Assembly: GCA_000320545.1 (NCBI GenBank)
Contig: ADNK01002063.1
Location: 13,936-77,935, forward strand
From: Bigelowiella natans CCMP2755
Lineage: Eukaryota; Protista; Cercozoa
Length of the DNA: 64,000 nucleotides
Direction of reading: 5' to 3'
This document shows positions 1 to 12,372 of the stretch, one piece after another; positions within the stretch are counted from its first letter, which is position 1; every line of letters begins with the position of its first letter. A program made the position numbers and the translations under genes. Under the pieces are notes generated by a model. The model was not told the DNA's origin and searched no databases. It saw only the letters and a list, made by a program, of their open reading frames with translations.

Positions 1-6
1 TTATAT

Positions 7-1107
7 CTATATACAGCTCACGTTTTCGATCGCGGCTAAGCTTCGTGTAGGTTCTCCAAAGCTTCCATCTTCTCCGCCGACTTCACTGTTCACATGGCGT
101 CGTTCATCCTCCTCCTCCTCATCATCATCATCATCATCACCGCCATAATGAGGAAGCATTCCTTGGCTCGCAATGTCCCCCCCCCCCCCCGGGCAAACAT
201 CAAGAATGCTAGCGGATACAGCGGCATCTGCCGCGGCTAATCGCAGGAGCTCAATCAAACGACGTGGCCTTTCCGACACCCAGGTCTCAAGAACCCTCCG
301 TATGAAGCCGATTCTGGCTTGTGCGCGGTACCTGAAAAGAGCAACGCACACACACACCGGTATCTGTGAGCTATGGCACGATTATTCGCGCACTGATCTA
401 AAACGGTAAGGTTCCATCTCAGACATTGTACGACGAATCTCAGGTGGGGTGGAGGAGGGGGGGGGGGGACGCGCCCTGCCGGCCAGCAATTTCGTGGGAG
501 AAAGAGAGAAGGAGAGACGGAGGGAGGGGGAGAGAGAGAGAGAGACTCAACTGGGGTTGTCATTTTGATGTGTGGTTCGGATTTCATGTGGAAATGGAAT
601 TTCTTGTCACGGACAGCAGCGGAGCATGCCGTCGAGACACGCGTAAGAATATAAAACATGAATAATAATATCCTCGTTCTGCCCCTCCTTTCATTCGTCT
701 CTTCTCGCCTTTTTGGCTGCTTTCCATTGGTAGTCTATTCGTATGCTTGTTGACCTGCTTCCCCACCAGGTGTAGCTCGAGACGAATTGATGTGACGTAC
801 AAGCTTCGACCTAACGTTTGCCACGCAGCATCAGCCCCACAACACACCAGATAGTCGTCATCACTATCATCCTCCTGCTCATCGTCTTATCCCCCCCTCC
901 CCCCCCCCTTCTTCTCTCTATCGTTTTCTATGTGTCTTAGTGATGAGGAATTGGTGACTGACGTTTATGCGGACGTGTTGGACCAACAAGTCCAGCACGA
1001 AGTACAGGGAAGTCACTTGGATCATAGCGCCGACAACGGTGCAGCAGAGGTACAGATGCTGTCATTATTCAACCCTCGGGATACGCGGATGGAATTCAGA
1101 AAAAGAA

Positions 1108-1149
<42 letters not shown>

Positions 1150-1427
1150 TTAAGCCGTCAAAGCAAAGTAAAGGCCGACCTCTCCCAGGTAGATGGATAC
1201 CAACCGCAGCAAGGTGTTTTCATCTTCAACGATTCCCCATAGGCGTAAGTGGCATTGCAGTGTCATCACGAGCTGTAGCGAGAGCTGCCAGATAGAGAAG
1301 AAGAGGTGTTAGCGATTCTAAAAGTGCTGCTGGGGGTGCGCTTCTAGTCGCTATCGGAGTATATTTTACCGTTGTTTTGTTCGATAGCTTGGAATTAGGG
1401 AGGTGAATTAATGATATGTATATATGC

Positions 1428-1469
<42 letters not shown>

Positions 1470-1477
1470 ATATGTCT

Positions 1478-1560
<83 letters not shown>

Positions 1561-1614
1561 ACAACGACCTCATTGAATAAACATGGTGATACGCAGAGCT
1601 ATTAAACAAGCACG

Positions 1615-1646
<32 letters not shown>

Positions 1647-2726
1647 TTGCACGTGTGTCAAGGAGCTTACCAGCAGTGCGGCCATGGTCATGAATATTAT
1701 CCACGGTATGTAGTTGGTTTTCCCTATGCACTAATGATGATGATGATGACGATGATGATGATGACGAATGTAGAAAGTGTATAGGCAAGCTCGTAGTGTT
1801 TCCAAAGTATGGCGGAAGAAATGATTTTCATGCCAATAGTGATGATGATTACGCAATCTAATCGCTACCATTATCATCATCACCATCTTTATCATCATCA
1901 TCATCAATGCTATCCTCGCCGTCGTAATAGAAGTGTACGTGCTTGATGTCACACGCTCAACCTACAACTTACTTGATTCAGGTAGCGGCAATGGTGGTCA
2001 AATCCGATCACGCACTTGTTGCATGAAAAACAGTGCTTCCTGTGCTCGCCGCCGTAGCATTTGCCACATGCGCTGCATTGGAACGGTATCGGCAGATGGT
2101 GCTGATGGAGCAAATACAATTGCAAAAAAACATCAAAATTGTTATATGTCCGAAGCAAAAATAGCTTCACGAGGATCGGTATATTGTTTGCTGAAAAATG
2201 CGACGGAAATTCTGATTGTATTTTTCCGATCAACGAACATCGATGTCTGTGGTGCTGCGAAAATGCGCTCATCAATGCAACAAGCAGCGACGAAGGAACA
2301 CCCACTTCAGACTCTTGGGCGGAAGGATCATACGTCTCGAGAAATATGAATAGTCCAGCGAAGATGCAGTGGAAGAGGGCTGCCAATTTATAGTTGAACC
2401 GTCGTTAATATTATTTTAAGGCGAATTTCTATCACTTGCTGTTCCTTATGGAGGGAAAATACTACCAAATACAACCCACTGCCAGTTGGCACGCTGTGTG
2501 TATGCTTGCAAGGACCAGAGCACCTGTGTGTTACGTTCATCATGCGCCAAAGCATGCTAATTGTTGATGGCGGAAATTCTGGATGGAATTGTCACAGGTA
2601 GATATTTTATTATCCGGCATATCCATGGCTTTACCGGCCCATAGAAAACGGCGAAATCAAGTCCGAGAACTGCGAGCATCGTGAATTGCCAGGGGTGCCA
2701 CGGGCATTTACCTCCAGCCGCTACCG

Positions 2727-2774
<48 letters not shown>

Positions 2775-3144
2775 AAACGAACACACAAAAACACACGCAC
2801 ACGCACAAGCACACACAGAAGTATGAATCAACACAAAAGTGACATCCGTGAAGACTTTGCAAATGCAATGGCAGGGAAGTTATGCTTGTATTCGATCTTC
2901 GATGTTGGGGACTCCGTGACACATACTAGGTATTACATATGCGAGGCTTGTCTACGCTTCGAATGGAATTAAGGCGACGGTACGTCACCACAGAAGCACT
3001 TAGTAGTGTCACCAGTATCCCCGAGAACACCGCCATCACGACAGGGTCCGACTGTGGCACGTAGTTTAGATACAAAGTGACGGGGAGTGAGGGGGGGGGA
3101 TAAGACAGCTCAATAGCCGAATTCACAGAATAAATGCCGTTCAT
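7..3144 (-). CDS. DHHC-type palmitoyltransferase (ZDHHC1/11-like), multi-exon; 5' start uncertain
   Basis: Exon near 1980-2100 encodes CSACGKCYGGEHRKHCFSCNKCVIGFDHHCRYLN; the next exon (~1670-1730) reads CIGKTNYIPWIIFMTMAALL; N-terminal PWHPWQFTMLAVLGLDFAVFYG; TM exon HLYLCCTVVGAMIQVTSLYFVLDLLVQHVRI (~962-1060); last exon in ORF 7..357. Confidence 0.82.
1417..1646. repeat. Compound intronic microsatellites (TA)n-(TG)n-(CAT)n, representative of dozens in the window
   Basis: Directly visible pure repeats inside a DHHC intron; similar tracts occur in introns of CS, SETD3, GT4, UPF0658, PH gene and BBS9. Confidence 0.95.
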
Positions 3145-3946
3145 TTAGGTTCCAGTTGCTTCTACTCGTACCTCCATTGGGCCGTCCATGTTGCGAGGCC
3201 ACCCCATCGTACCCCCTCTTCAAACGGGGCGCCCTCGTTTGGCAGACAATTTTTTTTTTCTCTTGGTACGGATGAAAGCGGATTCGCTTCCTGCGACAAC
3301 CCAGCAGCGGATCAGTCAAACCCATCTTACAAAATGTTACGAAATTACAGATTCCTGGCAAATTTCGGCAGGAACATAGGCCAACTCCGGAAATCTGGTT
3401 CAGAATATCTTCGGTAGCCTTAGACTTTTCGAAAAACCACTGTGCACGCCCAGAGGGTATCGGGATTTCATCCATTCTTTGACTAAATCAGGATGTTTTT
3501 CATGTCGCATAAGATTTTGTTCCTATGTTAGAAGGAAAGAATACGAGAAAAATCAAACCCCGCGTTGATCCGTAGCTTGCTTTCCAAAATACGACCTGAA
3601 TTGTTGTTCAGACTCTAGCTGCACTAAAAGACTAGTCTTTTTATATGAATATAGGCTAATTTATGCATTTTTTCTTTATATTTGATGTCGTTTTTAAAAA
3701 AACAACCCATCTGATTTTTTATTGATACCAACAACGTGTTTTGGTTTACCAGCAACGCCTTTAATCCCAAAGTTTATATTTGCGCTTACGCGGATGCGTT
3801 CCAATATTTCATATTTTCACATTTAAATACTATATTTTTACCAAAATATATTCTATTTTATTTAAATATATTGCTATTTTGCAAGAATTTAGATCTTGCT
3901 GCATTCGCGATACCTCCCACCAATAGTCGAGTAGCCCCCCTGAAAA

Positions 3947-5796
3947 ATGTCTCTCCTTGCTCGTGTTGCACGCCGTGCATCCCCCCAATACAATCGATTC
4001 CTCACAAGGGGAGTCGCGACCATCCAAGATACTGTTGCTGAGGTTTTGTAATTTTAATCTGTAGATAGATGCGCATATGTAGTAAACGTGAGAATTTCAC
4101 AGTGTGTTAATAAATGAGTTCGGGACAACGGAATTTTAACAACAGAGAGTTTCTAGATGACCTTAAAAACGCAAAACTGCCTCTAAATTTTAGTCACCTG
4201 CCGGAATCGTGAATGCATGTGCGCTCTCATCCTGTGTATATTTGCTACTGCGCTCACGGTTCATTGGTTTCTTTTCTTGCAGTGTGTTCCAGTTTGGAGA
4301 GCGGATATCAAAGATCTCCGAGGCAAACATGGAGATAAGGCAATTCATCTTTTTACTCTTTTAATAGGGACGAGCACATGATATAGAGACTAGAAAGACC
4401 GCGTCTATAAGGAAATAAAAATAAAAGAGAAAACGATGATTTTTCCAATCTTCGCCTCGGATCAGGTTCTTTGTGAAGTCACTGTAGATCAAGCCATTGG
4501 CGGTATGCGCGGGATTAAGGTATGACCCCCCCCCCAAAAAAACAAAATGTTGGCGTGGGTATTTTTCTTCCTCTCATCCCCATCTACATTCATTTCACCG
4601 CCTTACCTCGCCATAGGGAATGATAACGGAAACCTCCTTGCTTGACCCTGAGGAAGGCATCCGGTTCCGCGGATATTCCATTCCAGAGTAAGAAAGAATC
4701 ATTTAGCACATAATGCGTATATCTTTTCACCGGTGTGATTTGGTTGGGGGAATAAGTGCATTTTGACATGTGCGAATATCAGATGCCAAAAGCTGCTCCC
4801 TAAAGCGCCAGGAGGAAACGAGCCGTTGCCCGAGGGGCTCTTCTGGCTGCTCCTCACAGGCAAAATTCCTACAACAGAAGAAGTCAAAGGATTGAGCGAA
4901 GATCTTGCGAAACGGTGCGTCAGCTCGATGGATATTGGAGTCGTCCATTGTGTTTTTTAAAACCCCGCAACCGAGTGTGTGTAGAATGCGTAGGCACGCA
5001 AAGAAACCTACTGATTGCTCTGCTGCTCAGATCCCAACTTCCAGCGCACGCAAAAGAGATGATCAATAACTTCCCAAAGGTAATGCAGATTCATAGCAAT
5101 GATAACGCAGCATTGGTGGTGTAGACGGCTGCCATGTGGAGGCTGAACATAATGTAAACTATTGAAGTATCAAAGCTGAAATCCATGCCTCTACAACGAT
5201 AGGATATGCATCCTATGACGCAGCTCTGCAGTGCTGTCTTGGCTCTTCAGGTAAAACTTGTTCTAGATTTGAAATATATAGTAGAGAATCTCGATCCTAG
5301 CGGCGCGCGCCGCCGTCGTCTGAGATCGATAAGTTCCCGTGGTGATGTCGTTTGTTCTGCCCCTGTCCTACGCAGACCGAGAGCAGCTTCGCCAAAGCGT
5401 ACCTTTCTGGCAGCGTGAACAAGATGGAGTGAGAAATCTAACAGCATGCGGCGCATGCGAGCCTTACGAACAACGACAGCTATGATAAGACTCGCATAAT
5501 GACCACGCACGGACACCCAACAGCATTTATCGCCAGTGCTGCGTTTGTAGTGATTGCTCTTGCTGTTCGCTATATGTTTAGCTACTGGTCGTACACGCTA
5601 GAGGACAGTCTTGACTTGATTGCCATGCTCCCTGAAGCTGCAGCTCTTATCTACCGCAACAAGTTTAAGGGAGGTTGTAGTACACGTAGTAGTAGAAGTA
5701 TCCACTAACTTCTCCTGGTCTTCGATATTTATTTTTATTTACTCATCGTATTTTTAATAATCATGCTATTATTGCGGCCACCTCCCCCTCCCCCTC

Positions 5797-5837
<41 letters not shown>

Positions 5838-6098
5838 CTCTTCTCACTCACTCATCGGTCTTTGCGTGTAATGCAAACCCCCTCCCGGCAGGAAGTCACA
5901 TTGCTCCCGATCTGAGCTTGGATTGGGGGGCAAACTACGCGCATATGGTGTGTGCTTGCTACGAGAAGAGAGGCAAATTAAGATAGATGTGCTTTGCATA
6001 GATATTAGATGATTTCAGACAGGTTCCAGATTCGCTTTGAACGAATAAACTAATAGCGTCAATATGGCTCATTCCTCGAGTTTGATCTCTAGTTTTTG

Positions 6099-6150
<52 letters not shown>

Positions 6151-6152
6151 TC

Positions 6153-6189
<37 letters not shown>

Positions 6190-6547
6190 GTGTTTCGCTC
6201 CCTAGATGGGCTATGATGACGCAGAGTTCATCGAGCTTATGAGGCTGTACCTTACGATCCACACCGATCACGAGGGCGGTAATGCAAGCGCCCACGCAAC
6301 GGTAGGATACAAATTACAAATGGGAACCGTTATCGTCATCGTCGTCATCATCATCCTCATGATCATTCATAATCATCGTCGTTGTTTTTGGTTGATGATA
6401 CGTCTTCGTCTCCATGCCGCTATCAACTCCGTGTGCTTCCATTTCACTATGCAACGAGTGCCTAAGCGTTTATGGTCTTTCTGTACGTGGTTGTTTGCGT
6501 GTGTGTGTGTGAGGCGGGGGCACACCGTGTGAGCCCGATATATTATA

Positions 6548-6592
<45 letters not shown>

Positions 6593-6754
6593 TATATTTA
6601 ATGTCGTTGTATCTTATTAGCATCTGGTTGGGTCGACGCTATCTGACCCTTATCTTTCATTCTGTGGAGGTAACGCACGCCGCACACACAGCACCACCAG
6701 CAGCAGCAGCAGCAGTGTAGCTTGACAGTGATGCGCATTGTTCCTCCATCTCTA

Positions 6755-6794
<40 letters not shown>

Positions 6795-7601
6795 ATTTAT
6801 ATATATTTTTATTTATTTATTTATATGCACGCACTGAGGGCAACTAACTGGGTCATTTTGATTCCTCTTCCTCTCCTCCTCCTCCTCTTCCTCTCCCTCC
6901 TGCCGCTACGTGCGCGCGAATTTAAAAGGAATGACTGCCCTCGCTGGCCCTCTTCACGGACTTGCAAACCAGGAAGTTCTCCGATGGCTCATGAAGGTAA
7001 TAATACCGCTTTTTGTCCTCCTGCGGAAAGAGTTGTTTCCACGACAAGTGCGGCAGCCATTCGCCATTGAACGGAGCCGCGCCATAGAAGAAGACATTCT
7101 CGGCGATGATGATGATAATGATGAAGATGATGATGATGGTGGTGATTCGTGGCCAGCAGTAACACCACTACTCGATCAGTACTGTGTAAACCATATGTTT
7201 GATATTTCTCCATTGCGTTCTTTGCTGAACACCCCCCCCCCCCCCCCTTCCCCACAAACCCCAGTTCAAGGAAGATCTGGGAGATAAAGAGATCACCCCG
7301 GAGGCCATCACCGAGGCAGCCTGGGCGACGCTCAAATCAGGAAATGTTATTCCTGGCTTCGGTCACGCAGTTTTGCGCAAGACGGTAGTGTTATTTATTG
7401 CCGCTGCTGCTGCTGATGGTGGTGGCGGCGAGTGGCGATGGCGATGGTGTACGCGGTGTGTATTTGTGGTTATCTGTGAGCTTATGCGTGGGCGCGTGTG
7501 TTTGTAGGATCCCCGCTACATGTGCCAACGCGAATTTGCGCTGAAGTTTATGCCTGATGACGAGATGTTTAAGCTGGTCTCCACGTTATATGAGGTACTA
7601 T

Positions 7602-7634
<33 letters not shown>

Positions 7635-7660
7635 GAGATGGATGGATGGACAATGGCGCA

Positions 7661-7700
<40 letters not shown>

Positions 7701-8344
7701 TATAATATATTATGAGCGATGAACTGCTCAGCCGTGTGATCATCGGTCGTGGGCATGAAAGTCGTCTACGTGTCATCACTTTTACGATTTCCACCCGTTG
7801 TTTGAGAGTGTGGAGAGGTTCTCGCCCTAAAACGGTGTGAGCCGCATCATCATCATCATCATCATCATCAATCACGAACAACTACAACGATGTCAATAAC
7901 AGGTCGTTCCCGGCGTTCTGACCGAGACTGGAAAGGTGAAGAACCCTTGGCCAAACGTGGATGCGCACTCTGGCGTCCTCCTTCAGCACTACGGCTTTAC
8001 AGAGGTAGCAAAAGAGAAACCTATAACAGATTATTATGATATGATATTGGCAGCATACGCTCCGCGTTTGCCTACGAAGCCATGCTATCTACATCTAGTG
8101 CTAATTCTTCCTCAAGACGAATATGTTCGCAACCCTTTTCGTCGCTGTTCTTCCTGTTAATTTCTGTGCCTTTCATTGCCTTCCCTCCCTCCGTTAGGCT
8201 GAATACTACACCGTACTCTTTGGGGTCTCGCGGGCATTGGGCGTTCTTTCCTCCCTCGTTATTGACCGCGTGCTTGGCCTACCACTGGAGCGTCCCAAGT
8301 CGATGACCACAGAATGGATCCGACAGCAATTCGAAACCAGCTGA
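3947..8344 (+). CDS. CS: Citrate synthase, mitochondrial type, about 18 exons
   Basis: Spliced exons give [22 protein letters not shown] (presequence-like), HGDK|[18 protein letters not shown]|[81 protein letters not shown]|[32 protein letters not shown], then TGA at 8342-8344. Junction of exons 2-3 is uncertain. Confidence 0.97.
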
Positions 8345-8649
8345 AGAAGGCGGGAAAGAGGAGAATAACGTCCATCCACGGAGTAAATAATACTATTGCC
8401 ACCACCACTATCACCACCACGCACGCACTTCCTTCAAAAAGCAGTCATAAATCCATAAACAAGCCGTTGCGGGAACGAGCGACGATCTCTGTCAGCAGCA
8501 TGTTAAGTAGTTTTCGCGGTCAGCCCGTTCGCGATGGTGTAACTACGTTATTCGTGATGTTGCATCGTCTGATCAGTGTATGTACCGTGCATTCGCAAGT
8601 TACAATCATGAAAGAAGTAGGCTCTCCATCTAGCCATGCGGGAGGTCTG

Positions 8650-10978
8650 GTCTAGAGGTGCCGAGCCCATGCATGAACCATTTTGCCGTCCTCTTGTCCT
8701 GTTTCTGATTGTTGAGGGCTTTCTAGCTTTGTCGTCTGCAAAAAATTGCTACAAGTCACAAAATCTTGTGCACAGCAGGAGTTGCAGTTCGCACGAGATG
8801 AGATCTTTTTTCTAAGCATGCTTGCATGATTCGCTGCTCATGTTGCGCGTGGCGTGCTTGTAAAGCAAGCATAGCTGCGGTCTGAGATGAACAGTGGTTT
8901 CATTGTTTTGGTCAAATTTGACAGCATGCATCAAGTCATGATTGCTAGCTTGATTGATTGACTAACAGGCCTTCTTGGTGAAGGTCTGCTTGCTAGCTAG
9001 CTCATTGGCACCCAGGCCTTTCCATGCTAGCATGGCCTGGCTAGCTGGTCTAGTGGTCTTGCACATTGCTAGATGATTGGATTTTCCCGTCGCGATCGAC
9101 ATGCGGTGTTTTGTTTGGGGGTGCGACAACCCCCCGCCTCAGCTTGTCGCGCCTGAGGTGACTTTCGCTTGATCACCTTGCGTGCCACACTTCACGTGCA
9201 GATCCCACAAAACGAGGACGCCCCGACTCGAAACTCTACATGCACCCAGGTGATGAGAACACGTCCACCCCCTCTAGCCCTCCGCCAGCCCAGCATTGTG
9301 TGTCCAAAGTCCCAACGTTTCACGCCCGGACCAGCAGAGTCAGCAATCCTCTGCTGGTCTTCCTGGGCCACGCTGGCACGGACAGTGATGCTGCAGCTGC
9401 CACCACATGCCACCCACCTTCATCATCCCTTGCCTCGATGTTTTGTGTGTGCTGGTGTGTTCTGCCTTGCCACAGCTAGACTGCTGCTGCTACTACCACC
9501 ACTGCCACAACTGCCACCACCACACTCAGCACGTGATGGACGTGCTGGCGTGTGATGCAATGCTGGAATGTGCATGGCGGTCCATTGCATGTCTGTCAGG
9601 ATTCACGTTGCCAGTGTTGCTAGTGCCACTACTCGCAACACCATGCCTCCTTTGCCACCACCAAAAAACTAGTTTCAACACTGCCTCATTCACCCAACAT
9701 GAACACTGTGGCGAGGGAGATGCATGCATGCAGAATTGCACGCAGTTTCCCCCACTTCTCAAGGGGGTTTCACTCCCCCGGGTTTTGGTCCGTGTCGTAC
9801 TCGGAATCCACTCCAAACTTCTTCCGAAGCACCACAGAAGACTTCTGGACGTGTGAGAAGGTCCAGAATTGTCCAGAAAGGGGTGCAAAAAAGTGGATTT
9901 TCAAGAAAAAAAATCGAGGGCAAAAACTTTGGGTGCCGCGGAAAGGGTCCCCTTTGCGCGTTGGCTCAAAAAAACATGCTCAGAGGCCGTGTCAACAGCA
10001 ACTCCATCACCTCCAGAAGTTCCACTCCAAAATTCGCAAAATTGAACGTTTCCGCGCCAAAAAAGCGCTTTTTTTTTTGTGGTTTTGACTTTGGTGAGTT
10101 TTCGATGTGTGGCTCCTAGCGGCCTGCACGGCGGTGCTGATGCGGCAATCAATGAAGCTGGATGTGATGCGCGACGCGCAGCTTCAGAGCTGCTTGGGAT
10201 TGGACGCACGAGCAAGACGTGTGGGCGCGATGGCGCACACTGGCACACTGTGTGCGTGCCCAGCGCGCGCGCACGCAAGCACTCACAGCTTCCCACTCTG
10301 ATGCACACCTGTCACTTCATCATCAAATTGAAGCCAGACACGTCGCGACGTTGAAATTGTCACGTGCAGGCACGTGCAGAAGAGCGTGCACGCGCTGTGC
10401 ATTGTTGTCATCGTTGTCACCCGATCGACGCACGGGAAGAGCTGTGAGGCGTGTGTTGTGGAATGGACTTCACTTTTCCAATCATTGTCATCCCAATGCA
10501 GCTGCGCAAAGCTGCGGCAGGAATCGAAGCGGGAACAACCACACGATGTGAGCTGTCGTTTGGACTGCACAGCTCACAGCGCCACTCTCAGACATCGATG
10601 GGAAGGGCGGGAATGATGAACAATGAACGATGAACAAAGCATTGATCAAATCTGCATGCGCCAGGGAAGTGGGTTGGGCACATCTGAGACATCCCAGTGA
10701 CACGATGCCAAGAGTTCCGCCAATGTGCATCTTGGGCAATTTCACTGGACATTTTGTGGATGGTTTTTGAAGAAAACACTGAGGAATTTGAACAAAATTT
10801 GCACTTTTTTGGGTGAAATCGAAAATTTTTTCCCGGCTGACGCCGGGGCAAAACCGCCGAGCATGACACGGACCAAAAACCGGGGAGTGAAACCCCCTTG
10901 CCACTTCTGCTTCTTCCTGCCGAATGTCGCGAGTGGGAGCGTGGGAGCCCAATCAAACAATGTGCGGTCGGTGTGAAT
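8650..10978. other. TpA-depleted, TpG/CpA-enriched intergenic tract (repeat/TE remnants)
   Basis: No TA dinucleotide in 10119-10978 by manual read; residual TAs upstream are mostly CTAG; degenerate (CTA)n at 9481-9523. Confidence 0.85.
9760..10900. mobile_element. Non-autonomous hAT-like DNA transposon (1141 bp) with ~45-bp TIRs and 8-bp TSD
   Basis: Left TIR CAAGGGGGTTTCACTCCCCCGGGTTTTGGTCCGTGTCGTACTCGG (9760-9804) versus reverse complement of 10857-10900, CAAGGGGGTTTCACTCCCCGGTTTTTGGTCCGTGTCATGCTCGG. Perfect direct repeat CCACTTCT at 9752-9759 and 10901-10908. An 8-bp TSD and YARNG terminus fit hAT. No transposase ORF. Confidence 0.9.
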
Positions 10979-11129
10979 TAGTCGTAGGATGAAAACGGCC
11001 TGTATTTTCCCAAAATCATGATTTCCCAAAATTCACCTCGCCCAGATCCAAGCCAGCAACAAACTACGCGCTCGTCGTTCGCCCCGTCTCGCTGAACATT
11101 GAACAAGCTGAGCGTGGGATAAGCTCGCG

Positions 11130-11667
11130 ATGCTCGAAGGGTAGCATGTGTTCTTATGTAACCATCACAGGGCCTCTGCGAGCGAATGACCCAAGTTGAA
11201 GAGAGTGTGCAAACTCAAACTCTCCTGTACTGAGCGACATCTGCTCTGTTCTCACGCTTCCCCTCGTGCATCTTTGCTGTTTTGTTCTCTCCTCAGCTCC
11301 ATAGGGAGGATTTTCCTATGCGCCGGGATGGTGCTAATCGTGCTCGCTACCATCCCGCTTTCGATGCAGATGTACAAAGAGCAATCAAAGTACTACTAGT
11401 TTCTTCAGCGTTTCTAATCTGACTGACCACCAATTTTGACATGATCTAATGGTGTGAAGGCCCCAGCCGTCTACTCACGGCCCTTCGATCTTGCAGCAGG
11501 ATCCGAAGCAAAATCTCGCAGGTTACGAATGAGTATGTAATTTTCATCAGGCAAAATGAGGAAAGCAAGCCATGTAGTGCTGCGAAACCACCTCTTTACA
11601 TATGTTAAACAATCTAGCCTCCCCATCCATCCTATCCTCCTCCTGCTACTATTACTACTATTACTAG

Positions 11668-11698
<31 letters not shown>

Positions 11699-12339
11699 AC
11701 GATGGTGTGTCGGCGGTAAGTCGGATGCGGAAGGGGAAGTGCTGTTGTACTGAGCTCGTAGCATATTTCATTATTTAGTAATGGAAGCTGCGCAAGCTGC
11801 GAAAGCGGCAGCGAAAGCAGCGGATGCATCGACAAAGGCCGTCGAGGAAATGCAGAAGGAATTTCAAAAGCACTTGACGAAAATCAATGAAGACTGGGTT
11901 GATTCTGACCGTAGATGTGTGTCTCGTTCATACTGTAAAGGCGGCTGCGCGTTGGCGTGCACGTGTGATGGTGGTGGTGGTGTGGGGGGGGGAGGTGCTG
12001 CAATCTAGTATTCCTAGTCATTAATTCGTGAGTTGTAGCAGCGATGACTGCAACGCATCGTTTCATTGTGATCATTATTAATAGAATTTTATTATCCTTA
12101 CTCCTTCCTGCCTAAAACGCGTAGGAATCGCGTTTCAAATCCATAGAGCGTAAGCTTGTGATCCAGGCAGAGGACTTCGAGATTAAGCTATCGACCGAGA
12201 GAGCGACACGAAAGCTCAACTCAGCCCTTTCCGACGCCCTGGACAAGATCGGTGATACGTTTGGGAAATTCGCAGAGAACATACAGCAACAGCAGAAGCA
12301 GATAACTAGGGACATGATTGTAGCGAAACAAGAGCTGCT

Positions 12340-12372
<33 letters not shown>

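Noticed and set aside
4028-4146. Non-canonical (GA-AG or AT-AC) first intron in citrate synthase
   Set aside because: A canonical GT donor at ~4043 with the AACAG acceptor keeps the frame, and there is no U12 ATATCC consensus.
9116-9178. Possible pseudoknot or ribozyme (TGCGACAA/TTGTCGCG and CGCCTCAG/CTGAGGTG pairings)
   Set aside because: The one-nucleotide linker is too short for both 8-bp stems to coexist, and hammerhead or HDV catalytic cores are not correctly placed.
8650-10978. TG/CA excess explained by ordinary 5mC CpG deamination or fungal-type RIP
   Set aside because: CpG is plentiful in the tracts and TpA is what is missing; RIP would raise TpA. Some CpG decay may still contribute to individual TG/CA pairs.
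9169-11029. Dense overlapping Cys/His-rich ORFs on both strands (also 45.5-46.9, 49.5-51.2 and 55.6-56.7 kb)
   Set aside because: An artefact of missing TAA/TAG stops in TA-free DNA; there are no recognisable domains or splice structure.
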